Shown piece by piece: positions 48,241-63,789 of a DNA stretch of 64,000 bases. Every line of letters begins with the position of its first letter. The stretch's first letter is position 1. Origin of the DNA: Lama glama (Eukaryota); NCBI GenBank assembly GCA_028534125.1, contig CM052825.1, forward strand, positions 6,820,001 to 6,884,000, read 5' to 3'. A model generated the notes under the pieces. That model did not search any database, had not been told where the DNA came from, and worked only from the letters and a program-made list of their open reading frames with translations. Position numbers and translations under genes: made by a program.

Positions 48241-50644
48241 TGAAAAAAGCCTAAAATACAGAAAAATCAGTCCTTTCCCTATTGATTTGAGATGCTTTTT
48301 TTAATCACACGCCACTGATGCACGCAATCCTCAGTGTCTCCTCTCCACTTGATCTGGGACAAGTTCTCACGTGTCCCAGGGGTGTCCATATCCACAGCCC
48401 ACTCAGGGCACCAGCTGGCTCTGTTTGTCCCACCCAGGCCCAGATATGAGGGCTCCTTCCCAGACCCTTGAGGCTTGAGGAGTCCCCATTCACCCCGGGG
48501 GTGCTGCCAGTGACAACAGGGGAGGTAGGCAGGAGACAAGCCAAGACCCGGCCAGGCTGGGGGACACTTCCTCCCACAGATCTGGACAGGGGCCTGCTCC
48601 TACTTGGGGACAACTAGTCAGTCACCAGAGTAAGCAGCTCCCAGCAGTGCCCTTGTGTGGCAGAAATGACGACAGCAACAAGGGGGACTGGGGCAGACCC
48701 AAAGCCAGAGACCCCATCTCCCCACCCTCTGCCATTTTCCAAGCCTTGGGTCAGCGCTGGGGCTGTGGCACAAGCTCCGGAGGGGAGAGAAGCCACACAA
48801 AGAGACCAAAATGGCCCCACGGCCTAAGGGAGTGGACCCCAGGAACCAGGGTTGCTCTGATTTAGACAAGAACTCTGATGCATCTTACCCTCAAGGGTCA
48901 TGGAGACACTCAAGCCTGATCCGTGTGTGTGCACGTGGGTTTGTTCAGGTCAAGTCTGTCAAGTTCTGAACTTTCTGATTTATTCCTTGGATCAGTCTGT
49001 CTATTCAAGCATCAGCGTCAGACCATTTTAGTTACTGTAACTTTCCACTAGGTTTTATGCTGCCGCAGTGTAGTTGATCCCTCACATTCACGAGTCGCCG
49101 ACTGGCTAGACCATCACCTGGTGAATGCCACTTTTCCCCATCAAACTGTAACTGCCTGAGGGCAGGGATCAGGTCTATTTAGCTTTCCCACTGTCTCCTT
49201 GTGCTCAATAATTATTCTGACTGCAAATTTGGACACCTCCCTGCTCTGTGTATCTGGCCAGGTGGCCCGTGGGTGCCATCTTGTTCCACAGCATCAAGCT
49301 GACCGCTAGAATGTCGTGGCTTCTGGGCAGAGGCCAGCTTCTCTGCTGTGTCCCCTCTTCCTGATCCAGACATCCCCAGCCCCAGAGCGTCTCAGTGTGA
49401 AGGGCGTGGGACTAGGATGCCAAGAGGGGCCAGGAGGGCTAGGGGTGGATGGGACATGCGAAGCCCTGGGGAATACTATTCCCAGGACCTACCTTGCCGT
49501 GTGCCTTTGTGGTGACTCATGAGACAGGGTGGGGCTCCCACCCACCCCCTCACACAGGGCAGCTGGCTAAATGCTCCCAAAGGCCCACCCAGCTGATGTC
49601 ACCAAACAAGGTCCCAGCTCCACAGCAACCATCACACCCGGTCCTGAGGAGGAGCACACAGAGAGCTCTGGGACCCTCCAAAGGTAGCCAGGCTCTTCCC
49701 CACCGTCCCCAGCAGAGAGAGGCCCCAGATCTGCAGCCTGGGACTTTGGGCAGACAGGGAAAATGCAGGTGACCCAGTCCCTTCCCCCCCCCCACCTGCT
49801 TGGCCTCAGGGCCACTCGACAGACCCTAACAGACACCCATCTGTGCTAACATCAAGGGTAAAAGACCCCACAGTTCGCTTACTGCACCCTGGCCCTGAAT
49901 CCTTCTACTGCGCAGTGGTCCAGCCCCTTCCAAGTCTGTCGGGCATCCCACATGACAGGCAGCTCACCACCTCCCCAGTCTAGTTAAAGCATCCTCCACC
50001 CAGGATCATAACCACAAAGCTCTGTCAGTAGGAGAATGCCTCCTTTGAGTAATATCTCACAATTTCGGGCCAACAGGCAGCCACCCTGGCTCAGCCCTGA
50101 TCCCAAGTCTGGGGCCAGTTCCTTCCTGCTCTGGACACCAGGCAGCTGGGGGTCAGAACACTGAAGCCTTTTGAGTGGTTACATTCGGTGCAACTAACAC
50201 ACTGTTTATCGAGGCTCTGCTGTGTGCCGGGACCACTGTGGGCACAGGCTGCGGGCAGAAGATCAGGAGAAGCAGGGGCTGGGGAAATGGGGGCCACTTT
50301 ACCTATTCATTCCTCCGACAGGCCGTCACAGAGCCCCTGCTCTGTGCCAGGCTCTGGGGTACCCCAGGGAACAAAAACCCAGCTGACATCCTAGTTGGGA
50401 GAGACAGAGAGCAAATAAACATATTCAGGTATCATGAAACTTCTGGTGGTGAGACAGGCTTTGAGGAACCAAAGCTGAGAGGTGAGAGTTGTGGGAGATG
50501 GGGGCTATTTTAGGCAGGGAGATGGCGGAACCCTGACAAGGTGACATATGAACGGAGCCTGATGACCCAGGAGAGGGAGAACCTTGGGACTCTGGAGAAG
50601 GTGCGCTATTGGCAGAGGGGTCAGCAGGTGCAGAGGCCCAGGAC

Positions 50645-51160
50645 AGTTGTCTATTGCTCTGTAAGAACACCCCCCTCAAAGCTTTGAGGCTGAAAACAAT
50701 AGTCACTTTATCATCTCTTGTAATCCTGTAGCTGGGCTGGGCTCTGCTGTCAGTTCTTCTGTGTCACCTGGAGTCATAGGGCTGCCTCCAGCTGGAGCTT
50801 GGCGTCACTCACGTGTCTGGGGTGGCTGGAGCTGCTGAGAGCTGTTTGAACCTCTGCCTCCTCTCATCCTCTCCCTCTACCCTCTTTCTCTCTCCATGAG
50901 GCTGCTCATTGTTCAGTGGTCCAGCTTAAGCTTCTCTACCTGGCAGTGAGAATCCCAAGATGACAAAAATGGAAGTTGGCAGGACTCTCAAGGGCTGGGC
51001 CTGACAGTCAGAGAGCATCACTGCAGCTGCACCCTGCGGCCAGAGCAAAGCCCGGGACAGCCCAGGCTCCAGGGCAGGGGAGGGGATGCCCCTGATGGCA
51101 GGGCAGTGTCCATACAGGGGTGGGTGGAAATACCAGGGCCTCTCCTTGGAACAACCCACG
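50645..51160 (-). mobile_element. MLT1 (ERVL-MaLR) LTR relic
   Basis: 'tctattgct.tgtaa.aa.acccc..aaa.ctt...ggct.aaaacaa' start and 'catcactgc.gctgca...gccagagcaaag...cagcccagg.tcca.gg'. Confidence 0.6.
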
Positions 51161-52417
51161 TAGACCCTGAGGAGGGAGCATCGTGGCAGTGGTGGGTTTG
51201 CTGGGGCCAATGCAGCTGGGGGATTAACTAAGGAGAGAGGAAAGGGGTAGGTTAGGTCCTCGAGGCCAAGGGGCAGCACATATGGTGTGGGGCCATGCAT
51301 ATCACTGTCCAGATTTTGGCTTTGACTCCCTCTCGACCCTCTAGCCTCACACCCACCTCATCCCAGCCAGCTGGGCCCCTCAACAACAAACCCACTCTAA
51401 TGCCTGATTCCCTACCTTCCTCCCTTCCATCCTCGATGAAGTCTTCAGCACAGACCCCACCTCCTCCAGGAGGTCCCCCTGGTGCCCCCACTTCCCCTAG
51501 GCCGGGCCAGATGCCTCCTCTAGGATCCCACCGCTGCCTTGGTGCCCCATCACAGGTCCTTTTCCTTATACTGTACTTTCTGTGCTGGGTTTTGTCTGTG
51601 TCCCAGCTCTGCCTGGTAGAGGACCTCATGTCTCAGCCCCATCCTATCCCTGCCCTGGAGGCTGGCCCACTGCCCTGGCCCCCTGGAGTCAGGGCTCCAA
51701 AAGGACAGGGATCGGAGGGCAAATCTGAGCCAGGAGCTTTCATGAAACCCTCATGGAGGATGCTTTGCACCATCCTCCACAAAACCCAGCGGGCCATTGC
51801 CACTGGGGAGCAGAGAGAGGGGAGCTGGAGATAGGGAGGGAGAGGCCAGGATGATTAATGGGACATTCCTCTCTGTCCCTTATGGGGAGAAGTCAGGGAG
51901 AAGAATGGTTGTCAAGGGCAACACATTCTTTCCTGTGGATAACTCCAGCCTGCGTCACCCCTAGGGAGTGGGGTTTCGGGGAGGAGGGGACCAGAGTGTG
52001 TCGGGTCAGGGAGCTTAGAAATCGTCACTCATCTTACAGGGGGAGACCGACCGAGGCCAGGGAAGGTGGGCAGGGCTGCCTGGCAGGACTCCCTCAGCAA
52101 ATGAAGCATAAAGGGGAAACCCTGGGCTCCTGCCCCTAGGAGTCAGGGGTTGTCCAGGCTGGGACCAGTGGCAGGGGTGGTCAAAAGGGGAGGGCCAGGA
52201 CGCGGCTACAGTGGTCTCTGGCTTCTCAGCAGGGTGGGGAGAAGGCGGCCCAGAAAGCTGGCTCGAGGGGCCAGTGTGAGCCAGGCCCTTCCTGCCTCCA
52301 AGCCTCTGCACACGCTGTTCCTGCTGTGCCCCTCGCACTCGTCACTGGCCCCTGCCCTGCGCGCTCCTCCCCCACTACTTCTCAGCACCCGGACACCGAC
52401 ACCGCGCCGTGACGGTG

Positions 52418-52829
52418 GGGGGTTAGTCCCCCGCAGCCCAGCCGCCTGAGCCAAATGGCACCGACCAGGCTACTTAAACAACAGACGTTTATGTTTTCAC
52501 GGTTCTGGAGGCTGGAAAACCAAGACCACGTCAGCAGGGCTGACTTCTTCGGAGGCCTCTCTCCTCGGCTGGCAGACAGCCGCCCTCTCGCTCCCTCTTC
52601 CTTTGGTCTTCCCTCTGCCGCATCCCTGGTGTCTCTGTATCCTTATCTCTTCCTGTAAGGACACCAGTCCGATTGGATTACAGCTTACCCTGAAGTATTT
52701 GCCTAATCACCTCTTATCTTAATTGCTTCTTTAAAGACCCTAACTCCCAATACAGCCACATCTGCGGCACTGGGGGTTAGGTAGGGCTTCAACATAAGAA
52801 TTTTGAGGAACACAGTTCAGTCTGTAACA
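52418..52829 (-). mobile_element. MLT1A-like MaLR LTR
   Basis: 'cttaaacaacaga..tttat.tt.tcacggttctggaggctggaa...taaggacaccagtc.gattggatta...gggcttcaacata.gaatttt....aacaca.ttcagtc..taaca'. Confidence 0.8.
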
Positions 52830-53874
52830 GTCTGTGTGCCTCCCCTTCTCCCCTCAGTGAGTGGGACAGTCTCTAAGGACAGGGACTGGATCTGAGCCCT
52901 CTGCATGGCCTGTAGGGTCTCTGGGCTGGGTCCTTAGGTCTGCTGTCCTGCCCAGGAGTAGGTGCCCAGCAACTGCCCCCCCCCTCCCTCCCCCATCCCC
53001 AAACCGCTCCTCCCCTCCCCCACCCACCAAGGGACTGGGTGGGGTGGCCGGGCTGCAGAATGAGCAGGGAGGTGTGGCCTGTCTCTCTGCTCCTGTTTCA
53101 TGCCAGCCCCTCCTGAGAAGGTGGTGCTGGCCCTGCCCTCCACCACAGGCTCCCCTGACTGCTGTGGGTGGGGACAGGAGGGGCTCCAGGCTGGGAGGCA
53201 GTGGGCTGGGCTGGCCAGGAGGTGGATGTGCCCTCTCTGCCCTCCAGCTTCCTCCTAGGGACAGTAGAAGGGGCCGAGTTTTGCCGGGGGTTCTTGAGTC
53301 GCCATCCTGGGAGGATGGGGGGCTCTGAGGTGGCAGCAGTGAACAGTCCCAAAGGCTGTGGCACTGGTCCTGGGGCCCCTTCTAGAAGGCAGATAGTCAC
53401 AACCCCAGCAAGGCTCTGAAGAACTCCCAGCAGGTAATGAAATTCTTTCATTTCTGTGAGCTTAACACCAAGCATGAGCTCTTGGTGCTCCCTCAGGGCC
53501 TGCGGACCGGCCACCTTCCTGGGGGTGACAGATGGTTGCCATTCTGACTGCCCAGCTCCTGCAACACCTGTCTCATGTCTGGGACATCACTCTCCTACTG
53601 CTGTGTTCCCCCTGCCAGCACTTGCCACGTGATGTCTTTGTGAGAAGCACAAAAGGGTGTCTCTTCCTGCCATGGACTTGGCCCCCTCCCCCCATCCAGG
53701 AGCCCCACCTATGGTGGGGGCCCGAGTCTGCACCTCCCACTGTGGCAGCCAGAGGGTGGGACTTGCCAGGCTCCCGTGTAGCCAAGATGCCCACCCATCA
53801 TGCACCCACACCAGGCAAAGAAGCAGGTGCCCTGGCCAGCCCTTTCTGGCCAGTGTGAAGATGTATTTGCTGTT

Positions 53875-54540
53875 TAAAAAGCATTCAGTCAATGAATATT
53901 AATTAAGCACCTACTGGGGGCCGGGCTCTGTGCTAGCTCTAGCGCACCCTGGTGAGCAAACCAGATGTGGTCCCTGCCTTCCTGGAGTTCACAGTTTAAT
54001 GCAGGTGAAGCGAAAGCTCATTGTTTCAAATGTCTAATTACAAAACAGAAAGAAAATGTGCTGAGAAGGAAAAGAACATGGCTCTAGGAGAGCTGAGGGA
54101 TCAGGAAGGGCTTCCTTGAAGCAGTGAAAGTGGAGCTGAGGACTGGTCTAGGGGAAGGGGAGTGACGTGGAGGAATGTTCTACATTGAAGGGAAAGCAAG
54201 TGCAAAGGCCCTGTGGCAGGAGGGGCTAAGGGAGGGCACATGTGGCATGAATACAGGGAGCAAGGGATGGATCGTGGGGCCTCACAACTAAGATGGTGAA
54301 CCTGGACCCTTTTCTTGCAGAAGAAAGTCTGAGAGTTGCGAGTAAGGGTGTGACTCCATTAGGTGTATAATCGACGCTGCGAGAAGCAGGGTGGGGATCA
54401 GGAACACTGGTGTGGGGAGACCAGCAAAGGGGCTGCTGAGACACTAGCAAGAAACCAGGGTGGCTGGCCTGGGGGTTGCAGAGATGGTGGAGTGAGATGG
54501 ATCAGAGGAACAGAGTGAACCCGGAGGGTGAGAAGGAGGG
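53875..54540 (-). mobile_element. L2 LINE fragment
   Basis: 'cattcagtcaatgaatattaattaagcacctact...gcaagtgcaaaggccctgtggcagga'. Confidence 0.7.
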
Positions 54541-56559
54541 AGGGTGGTGCCCGGCTGCCTGGTTCCCACCTGCTGCCCTCCTGATTCCTTTGACTTCTGG
54601 CTTGATGAGTCGCAGGCTAGTCATCACACCCATGATCACTGCTGTTTTTTCTTTTCAACAATGAACTTGTTTTTAACCACTGAGCCGTGATGTTACAGGC
54701 CAATGGCTTTGGAGGCACTTCCCCAAATATGGTCCTGGAGAAAATTTAAAACATCATTGAATGAAATTTGCCACAATGTAGTTCTCGCTGTGCACTTTGC
54801 TCAAGGCTGTCATGAGCTGGCCCTTGCAGGGCTGAGGTCTGGCTGATGACCCTCTCGAGCGTGACTCTGAGGCAGAAGGCCCGGGCACGGCTCCCTGGGG
54901 CCCAGCGTGACGGTGCCTGTGCAGGGCGATGACTGGTCCCCCCGCCCCTTCTCTGTGTGGCTTCTGTGCAGCCCGGGCATGCTTGCTAGCACAGCCCTGG
55001 AGCAGAACATCTGCAGCTAGGGAGGCTCACAGGGTCGCCTCCCGCTGACCAGCATTGGCTTCCATCTTTGTAAAATATTAACAATTTGTTAGTGCTCTCA
55101 TGGACTCACCAAGCTGCTAAGATGATGTCCCCAGAACTCCCTTTTCTGAAGATCTGCTTTCTGATCTCCACTTTCAGAAAATCGAGGGCCCCACTTTGCA
55201 TTCAAATCCATCCTCACATCAGAAACCTGTGCAGGACCTTGCCTTCTGGCTTATCTCCCACATCTAAGAATTACCTGATTCCTCCAGCCACCGCCCGAAT
55301 ATTTCTAGGATCCACCTCTTCCTCTCCAACCTGCTTCATCTGCCCTGGTTCAGGGCTGATTCCACCTGCCTGGAAGTCCAGGCCAGCCTCCCTCTCACTG
55401 GACTCCCAGCCCCCAGTCCCTGCTGCCAGGGCCCCCAGGCACTATCCTCACCACGCAGGGCAACACTATTTACACCTGATCTCCCTGAGTCACACCCTCT
55501 CTTCCTCCTTCCTTCTTTCCTTTCTACTTGACTAATTTACATGTGCCTCTAGAGTCACCTCACCCCTAGGAAGTCGCCTTGACCCTCAGATGGAATCACT
55601 TGTCTCCCTTGGGCTCCCTTGTCCAGTTTTCAACCACCATGTTGCAGTGTCTGTTCAGAGCCTGTCACCACAGTCAAGCCCCAGGTGGCCCTGATGGGGT
55701 GAGGGTAGCTCCTCAGAGGGCTCCAAGATGCTGTTCAGAAGTGAGGGGCAGCCCTGGGCATACACAGGACATCACAGGTCCTGGGACTGGCACAGATTCT
55801 GGTACTAAGAACAAGCCACAAAAGGACCACAGGGACACCCCAGAGCCTGGGGCAATTCCTGCTCCCTGCTGATCCTTCAGCGTTGGGCAGGTTCATTCAT
55901 CTTTTCACTCAGGGAATGCCAGTGGACCCCTCTACCACCCCACCACATCCTGGGCCTTGAGGGCTCTCCTGTCTGGTGTCGGAGCCAGGTCTGGGCAGGT
56001 CGTCATGGGAGGGCTGCCGGTGGCAGCCAGCGTTTAACCTTCCTCCAATTTTAAGAATCCAAGAGGACCTGGGCTCTACACTAGCAGATTTTCAAAAGTG
56101 GCTGCCCAAAGGCTGGTTCCCATGGCCAGGTGTCACCCAGGGCACCAGGGCCTGAGCTCCTGACTGCATCTGAACCTGCTCTGTCTACACCTGGAGGGGG
56201 TCTTGTGGCTGGCTGAGGTGCAGGCAGGATGGGAGAAAGACCACCAGGGACCAGAGGTGCATGGCCTTTGAAAGCAGATCCCTTTGAAGTGTTTGCCTGG
56301 GAGGAAGCACTGCTAAGTCCACCTGCGTTAGTGGGGGGCTTCCTGGCCCAGCAACACAGGGGTGGGCTTCCCTGAGGCCATCCGGAGACGGGGTCACCCC
56401 AAACGTACAGTTAAGGCTAGCTATCTAGGGGACAAGCTCAGGGCAGCCCCGGGTCTGATGTCAGGGGCAGGCTGGACAGGCCAGGCTGGGTTTCGCATGT
56501 AAATGCTCCTCTCCCAGAACCAGCGCTGAACACCACTGGGATGGAGGAACCAGACCGTA

Positions 56560-56565
56560 TTTATT
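56560..56565 (-). terminator. Probable UPK3B polyadenylation signal AATAAA
   Basis: First TTTATT I found downstream of the stop codon (~1.1 kb). Confidence 0.55.
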
Positions 56566-57669
56566 CATCTCCAGAGAGCAGGGACCCCACGCTGACCACC
56601 GCCGCCAGCTGCCCTTCTCCGGGGGCGCCTGCACGCTGGAAGCCGCAGTCAGACTAGAGGGCCCGGGAGCGGCCGGGGGGACACGGGGTGGGGTGACAGT
56701 GGACAGAGCGCGACGGGCAGGTCACTGTGCCTGTTTTTCCATCTAGACAACGGTGGCAGCTGTGCGGATTGGACGACACACCATAAATCCTTAAGCGAGA
56801 GCGTGACTGCTCACCTCTCTGGCTAGGTCGAGGTGAGACCTGGAGTCCTGAAGTCCAGCTGAGCGGCTGCGGCTCCTGAACATCCCGCGGGACGTGCTGC
56901 CGCGCATAGGAGTGCGCACGCGCGGGACCCTGCGGCTGAGGTACACTGGCGCCCTCTTGTGGCCATAAGGAAACCACTGGCCTTGCGGGCGGATGGATAG
57001 ACGCGGGAGAGTCTGAAGCCTGTCCTCCTGGGTGATCGTGGACCCGCAAGAGCCCATTGGAGTGCTCATCTGAGGAGTGAGAGCCCGAAGGTATCTGACA
57101 GTCTGAGGGAGTGACAGCCCCCCAACAGTAACAGCTCACATCAGGATACGTGGTCACAGGAGGCGCAGAGCAGTGAGCCAGCTCCCTAAGATCAGGACCG
57201 CGAGGGCCCCAGTCTAACACTGCGTGGCATGCAGCAGGTGCTCAGTAAATGTTTGGAGTGAGAGTGAGTGGTGGGTGGGACAGAGGGACAGAGGGAGACC
57301 ATGATGGGCCCAGCCCAGCCCCCTGCACAGGGCAGAGCAAGGCCCCCTGCAGGCCTCCAGCTGGGGGTCTCTCCATGTGTCTCTCCACATCACCTCATCT
57401 CAATCACTCATTCACTTGTAGGAGGCAGACAGGAGTGGAGGAGGGGGCTGGATGCCCAGCCTGACCACAGCCCTCCCTTAAATACAACCTCATTGGCTGG
57501 AGAAGCGGGAAATGGGAAAGCCAAAGGCAGGGCTGTTAGTGGTCGGGTTTCAGGCAGGGTAGGGAAGCAGGATGGGAGAGGGAGCATGGGTTGCAGGGCC
57601 TGCGGACCTGCACTGTGTACTGGTCCCCGCCATGTCCCCGCTGCCCCAGCCCCAGCCACATGGGCCAGG

Positions 57670-58006
<337 letters not shown>

Positions 58007-58152
58007 TCACTGAAATGACAGAGGGCTCATCGGAAAGAAAACAAGGCCCAGGAGGAGAAGGGTCTGAATAGTGCCAGGTGGCCCCTTCTCTGATCCTGTC
58101 ATCAGAGGAGCTGCTGGACCACCTCCCTGGCCTCCCAGTTGAGAGATTCTTA

Positions 58153-58426
<274 letters not shown>

Positions 58427-59259
58427 CTGCACACGAAGTGGCTCTCAGAGACTGCCCCTGGATCCCAGGGCAGTCACCTCCCCACCATGCTCACACCTAA
58501 GGTTGACTGCCTCCCATCGCCAGCCAGCCTCTTTAACTCACCCAACTGTCCCTCTCAGCTGGGCATCTGTGCTCTGCCAGCCTGGACCACCCATTGCTCC
58601 AGCCTCTGCCCTAGCCTCATTTGCTGGGCTGTTCCCACCAATGTGCCCACCCACTGCCCTGCCCAGAGCTCAGGACTGACATGTGGCTGTCCTGCTACCT
58701 AGAGCCTGGCATTCAAGGCCTTCACATGACAAGACCCACCACCATCACCACCACCCCTGGTCTCCGCAGCCTGTCTCCCAGGCACCCCCTACATGGAACA
58801 CTCTGGCCTTTGACATGCAGTTTCCTCGGCCTAGTGAATCACCGGCCTCTTAGGGCCCTGCTGAGGGAGGCCTCCCAGGACCCAAGGTCCTGACCGCCTC
58901 CGGCCTCCTTCTTGCCCTGATCCTTCTCCTCTACCCGGCAGTGTTGGGCATGGGGTTGGCTCCCTGAAGGAGGGAAAGACTGTTTCTGTTCATGACTGGG
59001 CTGGGGCCTGGGCACCCAAGGGTTGGCAAACATTTCGAGGTGGACAGAGCTGGTGTCTCTGCCGATGGGGCTGACCTAGGGCCTCACCCTCCAGCACAAG
59101 GTTCTATTTAAGAGGTGGGAGTGCTGGACATGGACCCTGCCTCTGGGCCCCCAGTCCCATGGCAGCAGGAGGAGGGGCCAGCTAGGTGCGACCATGGTGC
59201 AGAGAGCAACCAGTCCACGGGGGCAGACTGGACCCAGAGCGCCCCTCCCCCAGCACTAC

Positions 59260-59339
59260 CTTGGTGGAGAGCGATGGGGTCGGACCACCTTGTCTCGGCC
59301 TGGGGTGAGCCCCTGGGGTCCAGCAGGAGGAACTTCACC
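59260..59339 (-). CDS. UPK3B: UPK3B exon 4 (VKFLLLDPRGSPQAETRWSDPIALHQ)
   Basis: 80 nt, AG/GT. Confidence 0.95.
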
Positions 59340-60441
59340 CTGGGGAGAGGAGGAGGAGTGAGACTCAGAGCCTTAACTACCCTGGGCAGGGCACCACCTC
59401 AGCCAGGCCCCAGGCAGCTCCTGGGGGCCAGGCTGTGGCCTTTCTGTGTATGGGGGCAGACACATCAGGCCCAGCCACGGCCTGGCCCCACTCTAAGAAC
59501 CCTCTGAGACCTCTCCGGCCACAGTGCCCTCTGCCAGCAGCCCCAGACTATCTGAACCAGTGCTCTCCAGACACTCTTTCTAGTTGAGGGGGTGCCTGGT
59601 AACTAAATGTCACGTACAGGGTGGGTCAGCAGGGTGCATGGGGCTGGGGGCCCCTGGCTTCCCAGAGGAGAACTGCTGGCTCTGTGGAGTCCAGGAGGCC
59701 ACGGAGGGCCCCCTGTAGGGGTGGGCACCCCAGGCAAAGGCCAGGGAGGGAGGGGTGTGGTCAGCGTGCGCGCGGAGCCCAGGATCATGGGACAGGGCAG
59801 GCTGAGCTCGGAGGGCCATGTGGAGCTCAGGTGGGGGCTCTGGAAGGTTTCTGAGCAGCGAGGGACCTAGGCAGGCTGGCACTGAGGGAAGCCGGCCCTG
59901 GTGGCTGCTGGGGGTGAGGCAGGGGGTGTAACTGGAGCCAGGGAGTGGCCACGGGGAGGGTGGACCTGGCCGGGCTGGGTGAGAGGGTAGAAGGAGGTGG
60001 GGGATGGAGGCTACACCTCCTCCCACCTTCCCTGTACCGCCTGCCGGTTTGGGTTCCCCAGCCACAGACTTGGTCTCCCTGAGGACATCCCTGGCTTTGT
60101 CCCGGGCAGGGCAGCCCTCATCTGGACACCTGCTTTCTCACCCCAGCTCCACCCCTGACCTGGACAAGCCACGTGTTCTGAATGCCTGCTTCTCCACCTG
60201 TAAAAGTGGATGGCAGTCTTCTCTCCTGCTTCCCTGCCTGAAACCCACTGACTGGCCCAGAACTCAGCCCCAGGCTTAGTTTCCTGCCAGATCTAACTGT
60301 GGGTGGGGCCATTACTGCAGCTTCGCCCCTGCTCTGGTGTCTGTGGACCCCACCTCACCCCACCCCCACCCCCACTGGTTCTGTGATGCCCACCTCCTCC
60401 TTGTGGGCCTCCTGGAGAGGCCTCATTCTGCCTGAGCCCTA

Positions 60442-60909
<468 letters not shown>

Positions 60910-61012
60910 TCACTGTAGCCCCTGACTGGGTCCAATGCCTCCAGCCCTGCGCCTCCATGCTTCAGGGCCCAGAGCGCCCCTCCAGACCCAAATCAGAATT
61001 TGTCACCTCTCA

Positions 61013-61885
<873 letters not shown>

Positions 61886-62014
61886 TCAGGGCCACATGCC
61901 AGAGATTCCTGCACTGCAGGTGCCAGGAGCCTCCCTCTGGCCTTCTGTTGTTCCTACCCAGGGAGGGAAGAGGGTGGCTCCAATTTGTCAGGCTCCAGCC
62001 CCATCACAGCACCG

Positions 62015-62031
62015 CCCCCCCCCCCCCCCCC
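62015..62031. repeat. C17 homopolymer
   Basis: Direct inspection. Confidence 0.95.
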
Positions 62032-62588
62032 GGCCCTGCCTTCCCTCCGCAAGGCCACATCCTCCCTCACTCCTCAGTTCCTTTATCCAAAGGAATAACA
62101 TGGAGTCAGATAAAGGATTGTAGAGCCCTTGACAGCTGACAGGTCCCCTACTTATATTACTCTCATGAGTTCTCACGGTATTTTTATTAATATAATACTT
62201 ACACATACCATTAATGTACAGTTCAGTGGGTTTTTCTTAAACAAGGAGGGTTTTATTTTTATTTGTAAGAATTCTGGAGGAGAATGGCTGCTGGCATGGG
62301 CTTGGTCAAGTAGGGTCAATGTCTCTGAGATTCTCTTGGCCTTTTTGTCTTTATATCAAGATGGCTGCTGTGGCTCCAGGCATCATGTTCTCAATCAAGG
62401 TAGGAAGAAGGGATGGGCAAGGAGGTCTTACCCAATCTGTCTCTTTTATCAGAAAAACATGAGCTTTCCTAGAAGCCCCTGTAGACTTCCTCTTAAATTT
62501 CACTGGTCATAAATCACTGATCCCAGAACCTTTTCATCACTCCCAAAGGAACTGTACCCATTAAAACAGTAACTCCCCCTCCCTCTAG

Positions 62589-62726
62589 NNNNNNNNNNNN
62601 NNNNNNNNNNNNNNNNNNNNNNNNNNNNNNNNNNNNNNNNNNNNNNNNNNNNNNNNNNNNNNNNNNNNNNNNNNNNNNNNNNNNNNNNNNNNNNNNNNNN
62701 NNNNNNNNNNNNNNNNNNNNNNNNNN
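62589..62726. other. Assembly gap (138 N)
   Basis: Run of N. Confidence 1.
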
Positions 62727-63076
62727 GTGTTAATACTTCATTTTTTCTGGCTGAAGAGCATTCCATTGTATAAACAGATCATAGTTTGTATATCCATTTA
62801 GCTGATGGATATTTGGGTTGTTCCCACTTTTTGGCTATTATGAGTGTTACCATGAACACTCATATACACATTTTTGCGTTTTCAATTCTTGGCTATTTAT
62901 CTAGGAGTTTATTTGCTGACTCATATGGTAACTACTTTTTGAGGCACTGCCCAACTGTTTTCCAGAGTGGCTGCATTTTACATTCCCACTGGCAGTGGAC
63001 GAGGGTTCCAATTTCTCCACATTCTCACCAATATTTACTTCCTTTTTTTTTTTATAATAACCACCCTAATGGGTAC

Positions 63077-63211
63077 NNNNNNNNNNNNNNNNNNNNNNNN
63101 NNNNNNNNNNNNNNNNNNNNNNNNNNNNNNNNNNNNNNNNNNNNNNNNNNNNNNNNNNNNNNNNNNNNNNNNNNNNNNNNNNNNNNNNNNNNNNNNNNNN
63201 NNNNNNNNNNN
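63077..63211. other. Assembly gap (135 N)
   Basis: Run of N. Confidence 1.
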
Positions 63212-63789
63212 TGGGATTTGTTGTTTCTCGTTGGGTTGTACGAGTTCTTGATCTATTCTAGATATCCGACCCCTACCAGGTATAGCATTTGCAAACATTT
63301 TTTCCCATTCTGACTCTGTGCTGTCATGGCGGAAGCTGGGGGCAGGGGGGACTCAGGTGTCCACTCAGCTCCTGTGTCCTGTGAGCCAGTGAAGTGAGTC
63401 TCCCTACGGAGTCAAACAGGGTTGGGGTCTGGCTTCTCTTTCAGCGCATTCTGGTCCTCCCCAGACCAGCTTCTCCATGAGGCAAGTGGGCATGGTGCCC
63501 ACAAAAATGCCTTAATTTCTTTTAAAATCAGAAGGAAAAAGAAAGAAGAGGAAATTCTAGAGGAAAATGCTCTAGTATACTTTGTAGCAACACATTGTAA
63601 AATATAATTTATTTTTTTTCTATGGAGAAAAGGGTTTATGAAGGCAAAACCCTCTACCCTGCATCCATTGCTCAACCCTGAGTATCTTTTCAGCCCCAGG
63701 CCACAACCACTCCCTCCAGGCAGACAGCAGGCCTTGGAATATTGGATCCTCCTTCTAAGAAGGTGGGGAAGAATTAGAACTTTGAGGAT

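Larger units (their letters stand above)
62505..63312 (-). mobile_element. L1 (L1MB-like) fragment interrupted by two gaps
   Basis: 'gatggatatttgggttgttcccactttttggctattatg', 'aactgttttccagagtggctgc.ttttacattcccac', 'agggttccaatttctccacat'. Confidence 0.85.

Noticed and set aside
62500-63313. ORFs containing X runs
   Set aside because: Antisense L1 remnants read through assembly gaps
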